Shown here: positions 14,355 through 29,157 of the stretch, one piece after another
Layout: every line of letters begins with the position of its first letter
How positions within the stretch are numbered: position 1 is the first letter of the stretch
The notes under the pieces: model-generated
The model's database searches: none
The model's input: only the letters and a program-made list of their open reading frames with translations
What the model was told of the DNA's origin: nothing
Assembly: GCA_964016885.1 (NCBI GenBank)
Contig: OZ024740.1
Location: forward strand, 148,056,001-148,120,000
From: Eledone cirrhosa
Taxonomy: Eukaryota
Direction: 5' to 3'
Length of the DNA stretch: 64,000 nt
Position numbers and translations under genes: made by a program

Positions 14355-14790
14355 TGGGTGAATGTCTGTAGGATTTCAGGATGCAAATGGACAAAGAATT
14401 AGATCTGACCTGGTGGTTCTTGACAAGGAAAAAGATCTTGCTTTATTATAAATGTAGCTGGCCCCTGTGACACAAGAATGCAAGAAAAGGAGAAGGAGAA
14501 AATTAACCGGTACCAGGATTTAAAGTGGGAACTGAAAAGAATTTGGAAATGTCATGAGATCAAGGTCATTCCCATCGTCATAGGAGCATTAGGTAGTATT
14601 TCGAATAGCTTCCAAGACTGGTTAAAGAACATTGGCCCAGCTCCCTTTTTTGGAACACCTCAGAAGGCATGCTTACTGTGAACAGCAAGGACCTTCAGAT
14701 ATGTCCTGAATAACTGAGGCTGCAGGTAGCAGCTTGATGTTAATTAGGGCAAATCTTCCAGTTAAATAACAATGACTGACATATCAAAGT
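14355..14790 (+). mobile_element. 3' end of an R4/Dong-like (restriction-like endonuclease) non-LTR element
   Basis: KEKEKINRYQDLKWELKRIW...VIPIVIGALG...QKACLL is the typical RLE C-terminus. Confidence 0.8.
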
Positions 14791-14799
14791 AATAAGAGT

Positions 14800-16405
14800 G
14801 TTGAGACGGTCAAATGTTGGTTACGAGTGAGGATGACGTGAGTTTAAGATAAATCACCTGCTTTTCATGGATGACGTAAAGATTTTTGGGAAATCCTATG
14901 AACGTGCTGAAAGTATAAACTGTACAGACAGTTTATACATTCAGCACGAACATGGGAATGGAATTTGGCACAAAAAAGTATGGAGTGCTACTACTAAAGC
15001 AAGGTAGAATTGATAGGATGGAAGGAATTGTATTACCAGATGGACAAGTTATGAAGAAAATTGACAACAATGAGTATAAGTTCTTGGGTGTCATGGAAAC
15101 AGACAAAATGAAAAAGAAGGAAATGAATGAGCTGTTATCAAAGGAATATAAACGGAGACTGAAGCTGGTGTTAAAAACGAAGTTAAGTGGCAGGAATAAG
15201 ATACTGGCTACCAACACATGGGCTGTTGCAGTGCTAAGGTATAGTGCTGGTATGATAGAGCGGAGATGTGATGAACTTAGGGAGCTTGATAGAAAAACTA
15301 GGAAAATGATGACACTACAAAGGGCTCTACACCCCAAAAGTGACGAGGACAGGTTGTATGTATCATGAGAGAGAGGAGGAAGAGGTCTTATCAGCTGTGA
15401 AATGTCTATGAAGTCTGAGGAAAATAATCTGATATGGTATGTAAAGTATTCAAAGGAGAGATTGATGGCAGGAGTAAGAAGATAAAGGTCCTAAACAGTG
15501 ATGAAGCAAAGGAAGAGGGAGAATTTAAACAAGGCAGACAGAATGATACTTTGAAGAGATGGAAAGAAAAATAAATTAATGGTCAATTTTTGCATGAAAT
15601 GCCTGAGATAGTTGACAAAGATAAGAACTGTGAATGGACTAGGAAAAGCGACTTAAAAGTTGAAACTGAAGCCCTTATTTTCGCAGCCCAGGAATAGGCA
15701 CTGAGAACGAACTATATCAAGTTCAATATTGATAAGTCAGGGAATTTGTAATTCGTGAGGTGAGAAATGTGAAACAATAAATCACATTATTAGTGAATGT
15801 AAGATATTGCACAGAAAGAGTAGAAGAGAAGACAGGACAACATTGCCAGAATGGTCCGTGGAAGCTATGTCATATGTGTTACATGAGCTGAAGTGAGAAA
15901 TGGTATGAACACCAGCCGGAAAAGGTTGCTAAAAACAAACAATATAATATCTTGTGGGACATGACCATCCAGTGTGACCATTCTATTGTGGCTAGAAAGC
16001 CTGCTATTTTCTCGTAGAAAAGAAGATTAGTAGGGCAAGTATTCTGGATACTGCTTTACCATGGGACCACAAGGGGAATGAGATGGAAAATGAGAAAGTT
16101 GAGAAATACCCGGAGTTCAAGAGAGAAATCGCGCAACTATGGAGAATCAGACACGAAGAAGTGGTACCCATTGTGGTTGACGCACTGGGAGCAGTTATTA
16201 AAAGGTTGGATGCCTGGCTTGAGAATCTACCACCAAGACGGAATCGTTGCAGGAAACAGCCTTATTAGGAACAGCAAGGATTCTAAGGAGAGTGTTATAA
16301 AGTTGAAGGAGATTGAATGACCCAAAGGACTTTTGGTCATTGGCTATGGCTCGCTCATTTGGAATAGTATTGGTATAACATCTGCCAGAGTAAAGTGTTA
16401 CAAAT
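14800..16405 (+). mobile_element. Decayed R4/Dong-like non-LTR retrotransposon (RT to RLE)
   Basis: INHLLFMDDVKIF, YKFLGV, NTWAVAVLRYSAG, LHPKSD, EALIFAAQE-ALRTN, zinc-knuckle remnant CETINHIISEC, VVPIVVDALG. Confidence 0.85.
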
Positions 16406-16409
16406 GATA

Positions 16410-16595
16410 ATTGTTTCTACTTTAGGCACAAGGCCAGCAATTACCCAGTGCATTACTGGTACTTTATTTTATCGACCCCGTAAGGATGAAAGGCAAAGTC
16501 AACCTCGGCGGGATTTGAACTCAGATCATAAAGGGACATAACTATGCCGGAAAGCATGGCGTCCGACCCTCTACCAATACTGCCAATCCACCACC
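16410..16595 (-). mobile_element. Meta-core SINE, short variant
   Basis: Close match to the 37820-38000 copy. GTTACAAATGATAAT appears on both sides as a probable target-site duplication. Confidence 0.85.
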
Positions 16596-19500
16596 TGTTA
16601 CAAATGATAATATGATTATGTCACAAACAGAATTCATAATCACTCAGCGATATCCAAAATTAGAACATCAACTTAATGACCCTTGCTCTAAATATTAGAT
16701 AACAATTTTGTGCACGCGCGTGTGTACGTGCGCGCGCGCACAAGCAAACATACACACATACATATATGTGTAGAACAAGTGAATATTTAAAAAATATTTT
16801 CCACATTTCTGATGGCAATAACTAAATACCTTCAGTCATATTAGTTGTCGAAATCGATTGAGAGTTCTTTTGAGAATAGATTACGGTTTAATGATACTAA
16901 TAGCAACTTTTACTTGAAGATACTATCGTCTAAACTAACTATCTATGGCGAGTAAAATTCCAGGGATCCATGGATGAGCTTTTTTCAGCGGTCTCTGTCC
17001 TTCATCATCACCGCTATGTCTCGAGTTTCCCAGCTTGGGAATTGAATCCTCAAACTTATGAGCATGTGATCAACCCCCTAGTATCTAGGCCACACGTCTT
17101 CACTACCAATGTAATAAATTATTTAATTAACATCGTGTAAATAATGCACAAGAAGGTTCTAAAATGTTGAATTCGTAATACGGTTTCAATTAACATTAGA
17201 AGCCAATACACTTTCCTTATTATTTTAGATAAGCATGCATGTTATACCTTTCGAAATCTCCTTTCTCTGATCATATATGAGGTTTGTCAAGTATAAAGAA
17301 AGTTATGGAGTGTTGAACCAGAGGTGTCAAACAGTGTTCTCAATGATTAACAATTACGTTCACTTTTGCCATTTAAACAGATATTGAGGAAGTTATGAAT
17401 TTTACACAATTTCAATTGTATTCTCATTGAAATTTGAGATTCATAATTTAATACCAATCAGTTACTTTTTATTTACTTTATGTCCGAACGTTTAGCCCAC
17501 TTCGTGGGATATTGATTCGACTGGAGTATTGCTCCAATCTACATGTCACTTCATTGGATGCATGTATCCGTTAGCGGGGCCCTGAAGGGTTTCCTTCCAA
17601 TCAAAAAGAGACCGCTGATAAGAAACGGAACTTGAACCCAAGACCCAAAGAGCCGGAGTAGATATCACAAGTCTTCCCGTCCGATGATCTAATGATTCCG
17701 CCAATACACCACATTGGACTGATATTTCATTTATTAACCCAAAAAGAATGAATGGCAAATTTAGTCTCGGTTCGGTGCGATTTGAATTAAGATTGCAGAG
17801 AGTCGAAGCGTTCGGCGCTCTAGTAACTCTGCTGAGTCACGACTGTTCTCTTTGTTTGCTTTCTTTTAACGAAAATATTTCAAATTCTTTTGTGCCTCGA
17901 GATTCATCTATTTTCATTCATTTGTTTTGACTCATTTCACATATAGGAAGAGTGAGAAACGTTTGAGTTAATAGTAATTGAAGGTATGATCTTTGGACGG
18001 CTGTTTAAAGCTAACTTGTATAAGATTTCTCACTGCCCGTTTGTATACGGCTGTTGCTTCAAGCAAGGTGTGGTGGATCCCAGTCAAGTTGTTTGACGGG
18101 CTGAATTGCTGCAACTTAACTCTTTCATTACCGTGTTTGTAATACACGTGCTACAAGTAATTTTGAAAATAACCAAAAACTTTGCAGCAATTTAATACTA
18201 CATTTTCATTAGTAAGCTGATATTAAGAACATTACTTGACAACATTTTCTAAAATAAAATTATGACATTATATTAAATATAAGGATAAACATTTTTAAAT
18301 GAGTAGTTTTGTATCATAAATCTAGACTGGTTTGGCGATGTATATCAAAAGGGTTAAGTATCTTTGCGAGATACATAACCTAGAGCCATTGGTGAGATAT
18401 CAACAATTGAATATTTAATTCGCTGGCCTTTATTCTAATAATTCGGTTAACGACGATTCGGTATTAACAGCATTGCTCTTTGGCGTTTGCAAAGATGAGT
18501 TTTTTTTCTATTCCACATGCTTTTACTTTATTTATTTCAGAATATGTTCATGATTTACTTCTTTTAGCTCCCAGAAGTATTAAATTATTCAATGTCCTAA
18601 ATCTCGAATTTAGAACAATGAACTGATAAACTCTAACTTCGTCTTTCAACAGGTCAACGTTTCTAAATATAAAACACTTTAAGATGGTAGCAATAGCCTT
18701 ACTAGTGATTTTTTTCATATTTGTTTCTTTTAGTGGAGGACAGTTTACATGATGTAGAAGTAATACCGAGAGATTCATATTTTCTAATTACAAGTTTGAT
18801 AGACTAGGATGGATGTTACCACTCATATCTTTTTTTATAATCTAGCATAAAAAAAAAGAAATCAGTGTTTCACCCTATGAAACATAACTAAGATTATAGT
18901 AAGGCGGATCAAGTCATACCTCAACAGAAGTTACTGCGTGGAATGCAACACAAATGAATCCAAAAGTCCAGTCCTTATAACTTGCTTTCCATTATATGGT
19001 TAAAACCCCATTTACATCAGTTTCGTCCCTTTAATATTGATATAATATGTGCGGAAATGGGGTCAGCATTTGAGATGTGAATTATAAGATTGACTGCAGG
19101 ATTTCTATGCCTGTTTGTTGATTCATAGAATAGTCTCAGCGCAGTGAGGGATATTTTGATTTCTGAACAAGCATGTAAAAACAACATTACAAACTACCAC
19201 CGTACCTTTTGTTTCCAACAACCTTTTAGTTGCTGCAGTGTCTGGTATTGAAAATATTGGGGATATTGATTGTGACGAGGGGATGATGGGAATCGGTGTA
19301 TATTTTCATGGGATATGCAGCAGACATAACGAATTAATTAATAATAATTGATAATTTCGAGTAATTATTAATTTCATTATACAATTTGTTGTTCAGAGAA
19401 AAAGAATGTCTGTTATCATTAAATCTTTCTTTTGTAGAATTAGTCAATTTTCTTTGAAAGGAATAAACAACTTAAACAGAAGCCATTTTTCCATATATGT

Positions 19501-22500
19501 ATATACAAAAAAAAAGTAAATACAATTGATATTTGATGTTTATAAGAAACAAATGCAAAAGTTCAAGTTATATACGAGATGTGAAATCATGAAGTTTATT
19601 AGTTCACAGATACAATAGGAAAAATGCTAAAATCACCACACATCTCATTTTTTTCATGAAAGTAGTACTTCTTTTGCAATGATAGCTATTTTCGTCCTTC
19701 AATGCCTGGATTATTGGACACAATGAAGTTTGACTTCTGAACAAATAAACTTAAAGGTATCTTAGAAATCTTAAACACAGAACTATTAATTCATCTATTC
19801 AACTGGGACGATATCATATGCAGTGTTATCTTGTACGAGGATCAAGTCATACCTCAACCAACACCGTCTCGCCTGCCTTCGAATAGCCTCGCAATCAAAC
19901 AGTGGTACGTGGCTTAATTCGGCACCCTTTTCATCGACGATGAATGTACTCACATTGGAATTGCATACACATTGGCCTCCGCTTCATGGGATGTTTCCTT
20001 CATCCCGCTGCTCCGAACGATATAATTAAAAGAAACTGGGAAGAGATAACCTTTTTCCAGTTTAAGGGAGTAGTTCACTCTTTTGGAAACTCACTCGTGC
20101 CAAAGTTATTGTTTTAGCTATAAACACGGGCGCTTTCACTTACAGAGGAGTAGAAAAGGATTCAAGTAACAAGTATTAATGGAAAGATTCCACTTTTGGT
20201 TCACGTCGACATATGCTGTGTTTTCGGTTTCTTCCGTCAAATTGGGATGAGACCATTGCATGTGAGGATCACATTTCAAGACACCGTACACCAAAAGCAA
20301 GTAATTACTTCATATTTATGCTGCTAGGATATAGTCACAGAGTTAGAGTAGAACTAATTTTGCCATTTTCATCCCTCTTTTATAAAATTTACTGGAGAGC
20401 GGAACCTGCCTTTCCGCTCTCGCTCCTCAAGTGGTACTTTAAAAATAGTAAACGTTTGGGGCTGAAAGTAATGCACGGTTCTTAAATCTTTCAACCACAC
20501 ACACACACCATACAACCTACTTCACCAAGCTGCCGAACAGAAGAAGAATATTTTAGTCAACGGGTAGCAGAAGGCCAATACTCATAATATCCTAGTTGGT
20601 TACGGGAATTGTTTCACATGTGATTACAGTTTTTCATATAAACCCACTAATCAACAATGCCTAAACACCGAAGGATACGTACCAGACATTTTCGCTGTCA
20701 TGCACTCATCTCAAACAGATCCAACTGCAGGCAGCCTCAATACAGGTTTGCTTATAGAGTTTATCACACACGAGTAATGTACCGTTATAGGACTATCAGA
20801 CCAAGAACATTTAGAAATTGTAAATAATTGTTTCTACGTTTGGCACAAGGCCAGCAATTACCCAGTGCATTACTGGTACTTTATTTTATCGACCCCGTAA
20901 GAAATTGTAAATAATGTCAGACTTGAAGGTCATCCAAAAGTTACTACTCAGACTATTTTCGTCGGCACCCAGAAATGTATCTATGTTATCGCCATCTCCT
21001 CTTTAAGTGTTGACGGTTCACCGACCGCATTGCCAAATGATAGCATGCAGTGAACACCTACAAATATTTCAACTGCTGAACTCTTAAACCCAGAACTGAA
21101 ATTCGGACAAAGAGACAAGCTATTAAAAGATATGCTTCAAACGTTTAACACTTCTGCGCACCATCGTCGTTCAAAAATCTATATAGATGTCGCAGCCTCA
21201 GTTCATGCTTGTGCATCAATATACATGGCACTCCGAGGGGAGTGCGTTTTGGAATCTGATGGGGACTCTAGTCAACGGGACATGCACCTTCCACAAGAAG
21301 CGCAAATATACACGTTCAAATCTAGTTAGGTCTTCGTAGGATAAAGCATGCCTGACAGAAGGGAGTACAGCTCAAAGGGGTGTAGATATTCTCCCCCACC
21401 TAAACTTCTAACTGAGTGAATCTGGCTACCTTGCTCGCAAGCTATTTCCAGTTTTAATCCTGATGGAGGTCTCGACTTTCAAACCAGGGATAGAAACCAC
21501 CAATTTGCAGGAATTTACTCTTCCGTGGGCTGGATCGTTTGCCTAGCGAATTTTCCTAGGTAATGTTTGTTTTTGTTACCGCCTGATACTCCCACAGTAT
21601 AGTGGTAATCAAATCGATTTCCGATATTTTCAGTACTCTGACCTTGATGTTGTTTGCATATATATAGATATGCCCTACCTTTACCCAGCTCAATCTGGAT
21701 TAATTTCTAGCCTCCACAACAATGGCTCATGCGGCAACAGACACTGATGAGATTGCACAGGGCATCTATAATGTGCCGAGTATGTGATTCGAAACGGTTT
21801 CTATATATGGTCATTTACTTTGACTACTGAATAGATGACTGTGTACATTACTCTGAAGACATTACCTAAACTGATCTCGTTTAGGATAGCTTCAAATAAC
21901 GGTGGTTGATATTGATGAATGTTTTATACTAATTTAAATCGATTAGTCTTTTCAAAGTTAGATATAGTTCCGACACGCATGATCGTCCTGTACATAGGTG
22001 ACAGGTTTGTATGTCTCAGATTACTCTACAGACGTGACACACTAACCTCTCAGCGATTATCATAGCTCAAAATTTTAAGCATGTGTTAAGAAAAGTTATG
22101 GACGTAAAATGTCAATCATGCATTCCTTTTTAGAGTCCTTCTTCAACAATGTTATCACTCATCAAATATGCTGCCAGTTGCAGTAAATCACTGCAAAAAC
22201 AATAGTGAAAAATCTAGCATATTAAGATGCATTTCTTAGGGCAGCCCATCTAGTTCCAATGATTTGTTTTTCACACAGTTAATTAATATAGAAGTACTAT
22301 ATGTCAATAACATAGCCAAAATACAAATATGTATGGCGTTAGACAAATGAGATAAAGGTACTCTAATAAGAGGTAAACTAATTAAAACTGAGAATATTAA
22401 ATTAGATTTATATTCTGAATCCAGAATGTTAAAATATAATCACCCATAGCTTAATACAATAATAATCCTTGTCATAAACTACAGTTTCGACATAATAGAT

Positions 22501-24490
22501 TGTAACTAAAGTAAAGTGAAGAGATTATGAAACCTAGAAAACTAATCATTGCATTCCGAAGCATCATCCTAAATCGTATATAGATAGGGTATTCCAACAT
22601 TATACAGAGAAAAGGAGAAAGAGGAAGGGGATTGGCACAAATAGAGAACTATAATAAAGTAACAATTATTTTACAGTCTCTCCAAAGCCTAGATGTACCC
22701 AGACTAGCGTGTATAACAGTTTCATTGTCGTTAAACGATAGAGTGTGCACGACTCAATCTTTTTCAGTGTTAACCACAAGCTAATAGTCGTATTCATTTT
22801 TCAACTGAGTGGACTGGAACCTAATGAAATGTATCTTGCTCAAGGACACAACGTAACACAGGTCCAAGAATCAGACCAATGACCTTACGGTCGTGAGTCC
22901 AACAGCCTAACTACTAGATGCGCGCCTTCACAATGGGTCAAGAAAAATACTTAGAAGACTATTAGCTTAATAAAAACACACGATGAAAATAAATAACTTT
23001 TATGTACATATGAAGAAACAATAAAATAAAAATTAGAAGATAATTTTACAGAGGAAAAATATTTGGATATGGACAAGATAAAAACAGACAAAATAGAAAT
23101 GAATTCCAAAGCAGCAAAGAAAGCTGACCAGAAAAAAGACTTGGCATAGACAGTATCATTGAAGAGTCGATAGAGGAAAAATAATTTTATGTGAAAACCA
23201 ATAAAGACTGAACTAAAAAATAGCAGTAGGTTTCCTTTTAGTTGTACAGGAGCAATACCTAACTATAGTAATCTACAAAAACAAAATAATGAAATAAGCG
23301 GTAAACATTAACTTCAGGCTGTGCACAAGCACAAAGAAACAATTCAGCATAAAATTGCTGGATGGAGCCCTTGCAAAACAGGCTCTATCCACAGATATAA
23401 TCGATTAGGACGCTATGTCAATTGGGCAACATGCCGACCTCTCGATGTGAAAACTGAGGCGTTGGTATGCACATCTATAAAATGCGGTCAATACATGACA
23501 ATGATATAACTACCATGATATAATGACTGTGTTGCGTATGTGCTGTGCAAGCAAGTATTGCAAGATGATTCCGCTAAAAAGTGTACTGCAAGATTTGTGC
23601 TATTGAATGTATCTGCGCCTAATTGTGCTATTTATTTGGACTGTGTGTAAAGTTGCAAATCATATGGTTCGTTATGTTTATTGTATTTTGTTTTGTTTTA
23701 TAACACAGTTCACATAACCCAATAAACAACATTTTAAAGTAACACCAGAAACAACAAAGCAAATTAAATGCAATATTCTATTCAAATGCCTCCTGCCCTC
23801 ACCTCCAAATCGAAACCCTCAGTTTCGTATGAAACTGTAGAAACTGCAGATAATAGTAATAATCATTTCCTTGATTTCCTAAAGGTTCCGAAAGTAGTGA
23901 CATTACAAAACTGAAATACAACAGGTTGGAGTCTTACATGAAGTGATAATAAAACATTGTATGTATTTATAAGCCAGAAACTCCTAATGAAATCAATGGG
24001 GCGTCGCGTAGCAAATTAAACTTCACGCAGCCCATCCCAGAGAAGGTAAGGAGTGATATACATATATATATATATAGATAGAGAGAGAGAAGGGAGGAGG
24101 GGGGTACTGACGAAGAGATGTAAAGGAAGAATCGATTCCAATACTGGATTGGTACTTTTTTTACCGACCTTGAAAGGATGAAAGGCAAAGTTGACCCCAA
24201 CGGAATTTTAACTCAAAGTGTACAAAGCCAGAATAAATACCACAAAGTGTTCTATACAACGTGCTAACGAATCTGCCAATTCGCTGCCAAATCAAACATT
24301 ATAAATGGATAGTTATAATATAGAAATATAAGTATAAATATAAGTATCAATATAAAAAAAAACTTAAATTTAAATACATATAAATCTGCTAATATTCCCA
24401 AAGAAGGGGAGCCACGTAGGGAAAAAGCAGAACACCCACATATATCAAAATTATTGATTTCTAACAGAAATACAAAGTCATATTTTATGA

Positions 24491-24530
<40 letters not shown>

Positions 24531-25199
24531 GGTGGGTGTATAAGGACGTTTGGCTCGACCTGAATACTTAACTGGTACATAATGGAACCGAGAAGGATGA
24601 AAGGCAAAGTCGACCCAAGTGGAATTTGAACTCATGAAACAACTATACACAGCAAGTCACTTAATCAAGCACTCTACAATTTCCGTCCGCCACTCGTTAC
24701 GTAAGTAATCTGAAGGCCAACAATTTGGGAGTGATTGGAATGTCATTTATTTCTACCCCAGTACTTGACTAGTATTTTCTTTTTTTTTTTTTAACCTTGA
24801 AGCATCAAAGGCAAATATGATCTCGGCAAGATTTGAACTGTGAACATAATATACGTAATAAATATTACAAAGCATTTTGTCCAACAATCTAACTATTTTG
24901 CCAATCTATCAGCCCTTAATAATTTCTAACACAAGTACAATATAAAAAAAATTAGGGAATAGAAACAGTCGATTATAACGAGCCAGCGTTTTTTGGCTCG
25001 AGTAATGCCAGGCATATAGTTAAGTTAATTAACTTTGTACTTTGTTTATCGAACGCCAGTTAAGTTAAATTTCTACTTTGTTTATCGAACTCCAGAAGAG
25101 AGGCTTAAATCAATCTCGAATTCTGTTGATTTTATAGTGTAAATAGATCTTGTTACTCAACAATTTGATCCTTCAGAGCCCCTACATAATAATAATAAT

Positions 25200-25520
25200 T
25201 ATAGTTGTTTCTTCTATAGGTACAAGGGCAGCAATCTGAAGGGGAAGGGAAAGTCGATTAAATCAACCCCATTACTTATTGGTACTTTAATTTATCGAAC
25301 CCGTAGGATGAAAGGCAAAGCTAACCTCGGCGGAAATAATAATAATTGTTTCTACTTTTGGCACAAGGCCAGCAATTAGCCAGTGCATTGCTGGTACTTT
25401 ATTTTATCGACCCCGTAAGGATGAAAGGCAAAGTTAACCTCGGCGAGATTTGAACTCAGAATAGCAAGGGCCCTAACTCTATGCGTCAAAGTATGGCGTC
25501 CGACCCTTTACCGATACTAG
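25200..25520 (-). mobile_element. Two adjacent Meta-core SINE copies
   Basis: Repeated GATGAAAGGCAAAG..AACCTCGGCG core and CACAAGGCCAGCAA tail. Confidence 0.8.
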
Positions 25521-25774
25521 TAATATGTTAGTCAACACTGAGTCACCACAAAAAGCATTTTATTTGGGGTAGATTTTCGTAACTGACACTTCGCTGATGA
25601 CGCATATTACAACCTAGAAGCTTACACGTCTTACATAACTAGCTACAGAATAAATCAAGGTCAGTCACACATATACTTATTATTCTCTGTACACATGTTT
25701 ATATATATATGAAACATTTGTAACACGAAATAAACTAAGTCCAGATGCATCACTGATTTTTCGTTTTCTTGATA

Positions 25775-26160
<386 letters not shown>

Positions 26161-26574
26161 TGCTTTTATGTGAAATGTAATCACGGGTTCAATCGGGGGT
26201 AACCACATCTAGTAAGGTACTCAATACATTAGTAGAGTGTAAACATTAAGTTTCATATAGAAATGGCTTCTACGGGACTAGAACAGTTTCATTCAAAGGA
26301 AATCATTAAATGATTTCTTTTGAATGAAACAGTTCTTGTCCCGTAGAAGCCATTTTTATTTTAAACTTCATAGCGTTAGACTAATATATTCCTTCCATAT
26401 ACTGTACTGATTGATTGTGTTGTTATTTCTGTTTACCTTGTACATATATATATATACTAGCTGGCCCCTCCGGCTAGCGCCCGGCTACCATTGATGTGTT
26501 CTACGGCATCCATATATATATATACAGCTGACGTACCTAGCTTCGCTTGGATAAACAGACGATAAGCCGTCTGT

Positions 26575-27025
26575 GTAGTATAGTATTACTATTGAAAATA
26601 TATAGTACAGTATTACTGTTGAAAACATATAGTATGGTATTACTGTTGAAAATATATGGTATAGTATTACTGTTGAAAATATATAGTACAGTATTACTGT
26701 TAAAATATATAGTATAGTATTACTGTTGAAAATATATAGAATAGTACAGTATTACTGTTGAAAATATATAGTACAGTACAGTATTACTGTTGAAAATATA
26801 TAGTACAGTATTACTGTTAAAAATATATAGTATAGTATAGTATTACTGTTGAAAATATATAGTACAGTACAGTATTACTGTTGAAAATATATAGTATAGT
26901 ATTACTGTTGAAAATATATAGTACAGTATTACTGTTGAAAATATATAGTAGAGTATGACTGTTGAATACATATAGTATAGTATTACTGTTGAAAATATAT
27001 AGTATAGTATTACTGTTGAAAATAT
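26575..27025. repeat. 27-32 bp minisatellite (TAGTA[T/C]AGTATTACTGTTGAAAATATA)n, about 15 copies
   Basis: Tandem units read directly, with 5-nt length variants. Confidence 0.95.
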
Positions 27026-27362
27026 GTACACGAATATATAATTATATATATATATATATAATTAATTGAAAATTGGTTTGAAGCGAAGTCAATGCAGACA
27101 GACATACATACAGATATTATAAGCGCACGACGTTACAGCTATGTATCTATCTAAAAAGACAGAGTAAGAAAGAGAGAGGAATGTCGTATTATATATAATA
27201 CAGTAGCAGTAATGTACTGGGATAATTGCTGGCCTTGTGCCAAAAGTAGAAACAATTGTACTTTTCTATACAACTGTAAATAACATGTTTATGTATATAT
27301 ACGTATAAAGGAATGCTGTAATAAAATGTACAAATTAAACTGTCTCTTATTTATGATACTAA

Positions 27363-27409
<47 letters not shown>

Positions 27410-27413
<4 letters not shown>

Positions 27414-28070
27414 TGAAAATGGCGTACTGCGTTGTTGCGAATATGAACATATGTATGAAAATAGACCGAGAAACATGAATGTCCATCATCAGTAGTCTGC
27501 TGATTATCATTGGTATTTCTTCGCATTAAAGACTAGATACCTAAAATCAGTGCGAGCGATAACTAAATTAATTTATCGGGACACTTGAAAGTAAACAAAC
27601 AACATGGTAGTAATGCAACGTAAAGAGAGGACAAGAGAGAGACAAGTCAATGAATCTTGTGGACTTAAGTCCGAACACATAAAACGATGAGAAGAGACAG
27701 ACACGTCCGAGCCACGCGAAAAGTGAGAGAGGAAAGAATTCCACACATGTCAGACGAGAGGAAGTGAGAGAGGGGGAGTAGCAGAGAGTGAGTGAGTGAA
27801 AGTGTGAGGAGGAGGCCAGCCGAGAGTGTGTGACCAGAAGCGGGGGTGAAAGAAAGCAAGAGGTAAAGGAGAGAGAGAAAGAGGATAGCAGTAAGGTGGC
27901 AGAAAAAATACGAACCACAGCGAGGAGAAAAAATATATGTGAATTAAAATGGCGTGCTGCGTTGTTGCGAATATGAACATATGAATGAAAATAGACCGAG
28001 AAACATGAATGTCCATCATCAGTAGTCTGCTGTTTATCATTGGTATTTCTTCGCATTAAAGACTAGATAC
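27410..28070 (-). mobile_element. Non-coding PLE-style mini-element, 530-bp unit with 130-bp terminal direct repeat
   Basis: 27410-27540 is repeated at 27940-28070. The element is flanked by (TA)n, has no ORF and carries the scrambled HHR-like motif. Confidence 0.7.
27462..27583 (-). ncRNA. Scrambled-order hammerhead-like motif, copy A
   Basis: TCGCA CTG atttta GGTAT C TAGTCT ttaa TGCGAa GAAATACC aatgataatcagc AGACTA CTGATGA TGGAC. Covaries with the 34 kb copy. Confidence 0.55.
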
Positions 28071-28080
28071 ATACACACAC

Positions 28081-28185
<105 letters not shown>

Positions 28186-28759
28186 CAGATAACGAAGTCA
28201 ATGTACAGAATGGTGTTCATAATGCACACAGCAGACATACAGAGACATATTGTAAGGCAGATATTGTAAGGGTGCGACGTTAAAGCTATGTATCTATCAA
28301 AAACACAGACTAAGAAAGAGAGAGATCGCTAACCGGAAGTGTTGATATTTGAACATTTTAAAGAAGTGAATATTTAAATAAACAATAAAATATCTTTAAT
28401 CTTTTAACCAAATTTAGTAGACAAAAATACCCTCACTTTCCTACTTGGAAAAAGTTACATCTATGGTGCAAATTTGGTGCCGTTTGGTCCAGCCGCTTGG
28501 CGGAAAGTTTGTTACTTACATACGGCCGTCAGTTTTATAGTATAGATATATATTTCTGTGTATATATATATAGAGGGAGATATGTAAAATCTCAACCATG
28601 GCGCCGAGCAGTTTCGGGTTCTGTGTTCTGCAAGCCTATCAAGGTGTAGTAACATTACTGGGGTGTGGGAAAATAGGTTACACTTCTTGGTAGTGCTTTG
28701 GTTAAATTTATCATTGTAGTAAACTGGTATGATGGAGAAAGTAGTGGTGGGGACAGAGA

Positions 28760-28894
<135 letters not shown>

Positions 28895-29066
28895 ATTATA
28901 TATATATAGTGTGGGTAGTACAGTGATTTATTGGTGTTGGTACCAAATCAAGCACTCTATGCAGAGGCAGAGTGTACATATTAGAAAAAAAACGAGGAAG
29001 TTTCGTTTACATGTAAAATATATTTATTGTGTATCCTCTGCGAAACACGCGTAACAGGTCGATACA

Positions 29067-29156
<90 letters not shown>

Positions 29157-29157
<1 letters not shown>

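Noticed and set aside
16815-16865. Hammerhead-like CTGATGG...GAAATCGATT
   Set aside because: Core mismatch and poor stem I, so at best a decayed relic. The same applies to motifs at about 1765-1805 (minus), 25595 and 29040.
18900-21700. Higher-complexity region with a 20-bp repeat GGATCAAGTCATACCTCAAC (about 18906 and 19839)
   Set aside because: Probably old retroelement debris. I could not assign motifs with confidence.
26575-27025. CRISPR-like array
   Set aside because: Head-to-tail repeats with no unique spacers, in a eukaryotic context with no cas genes.
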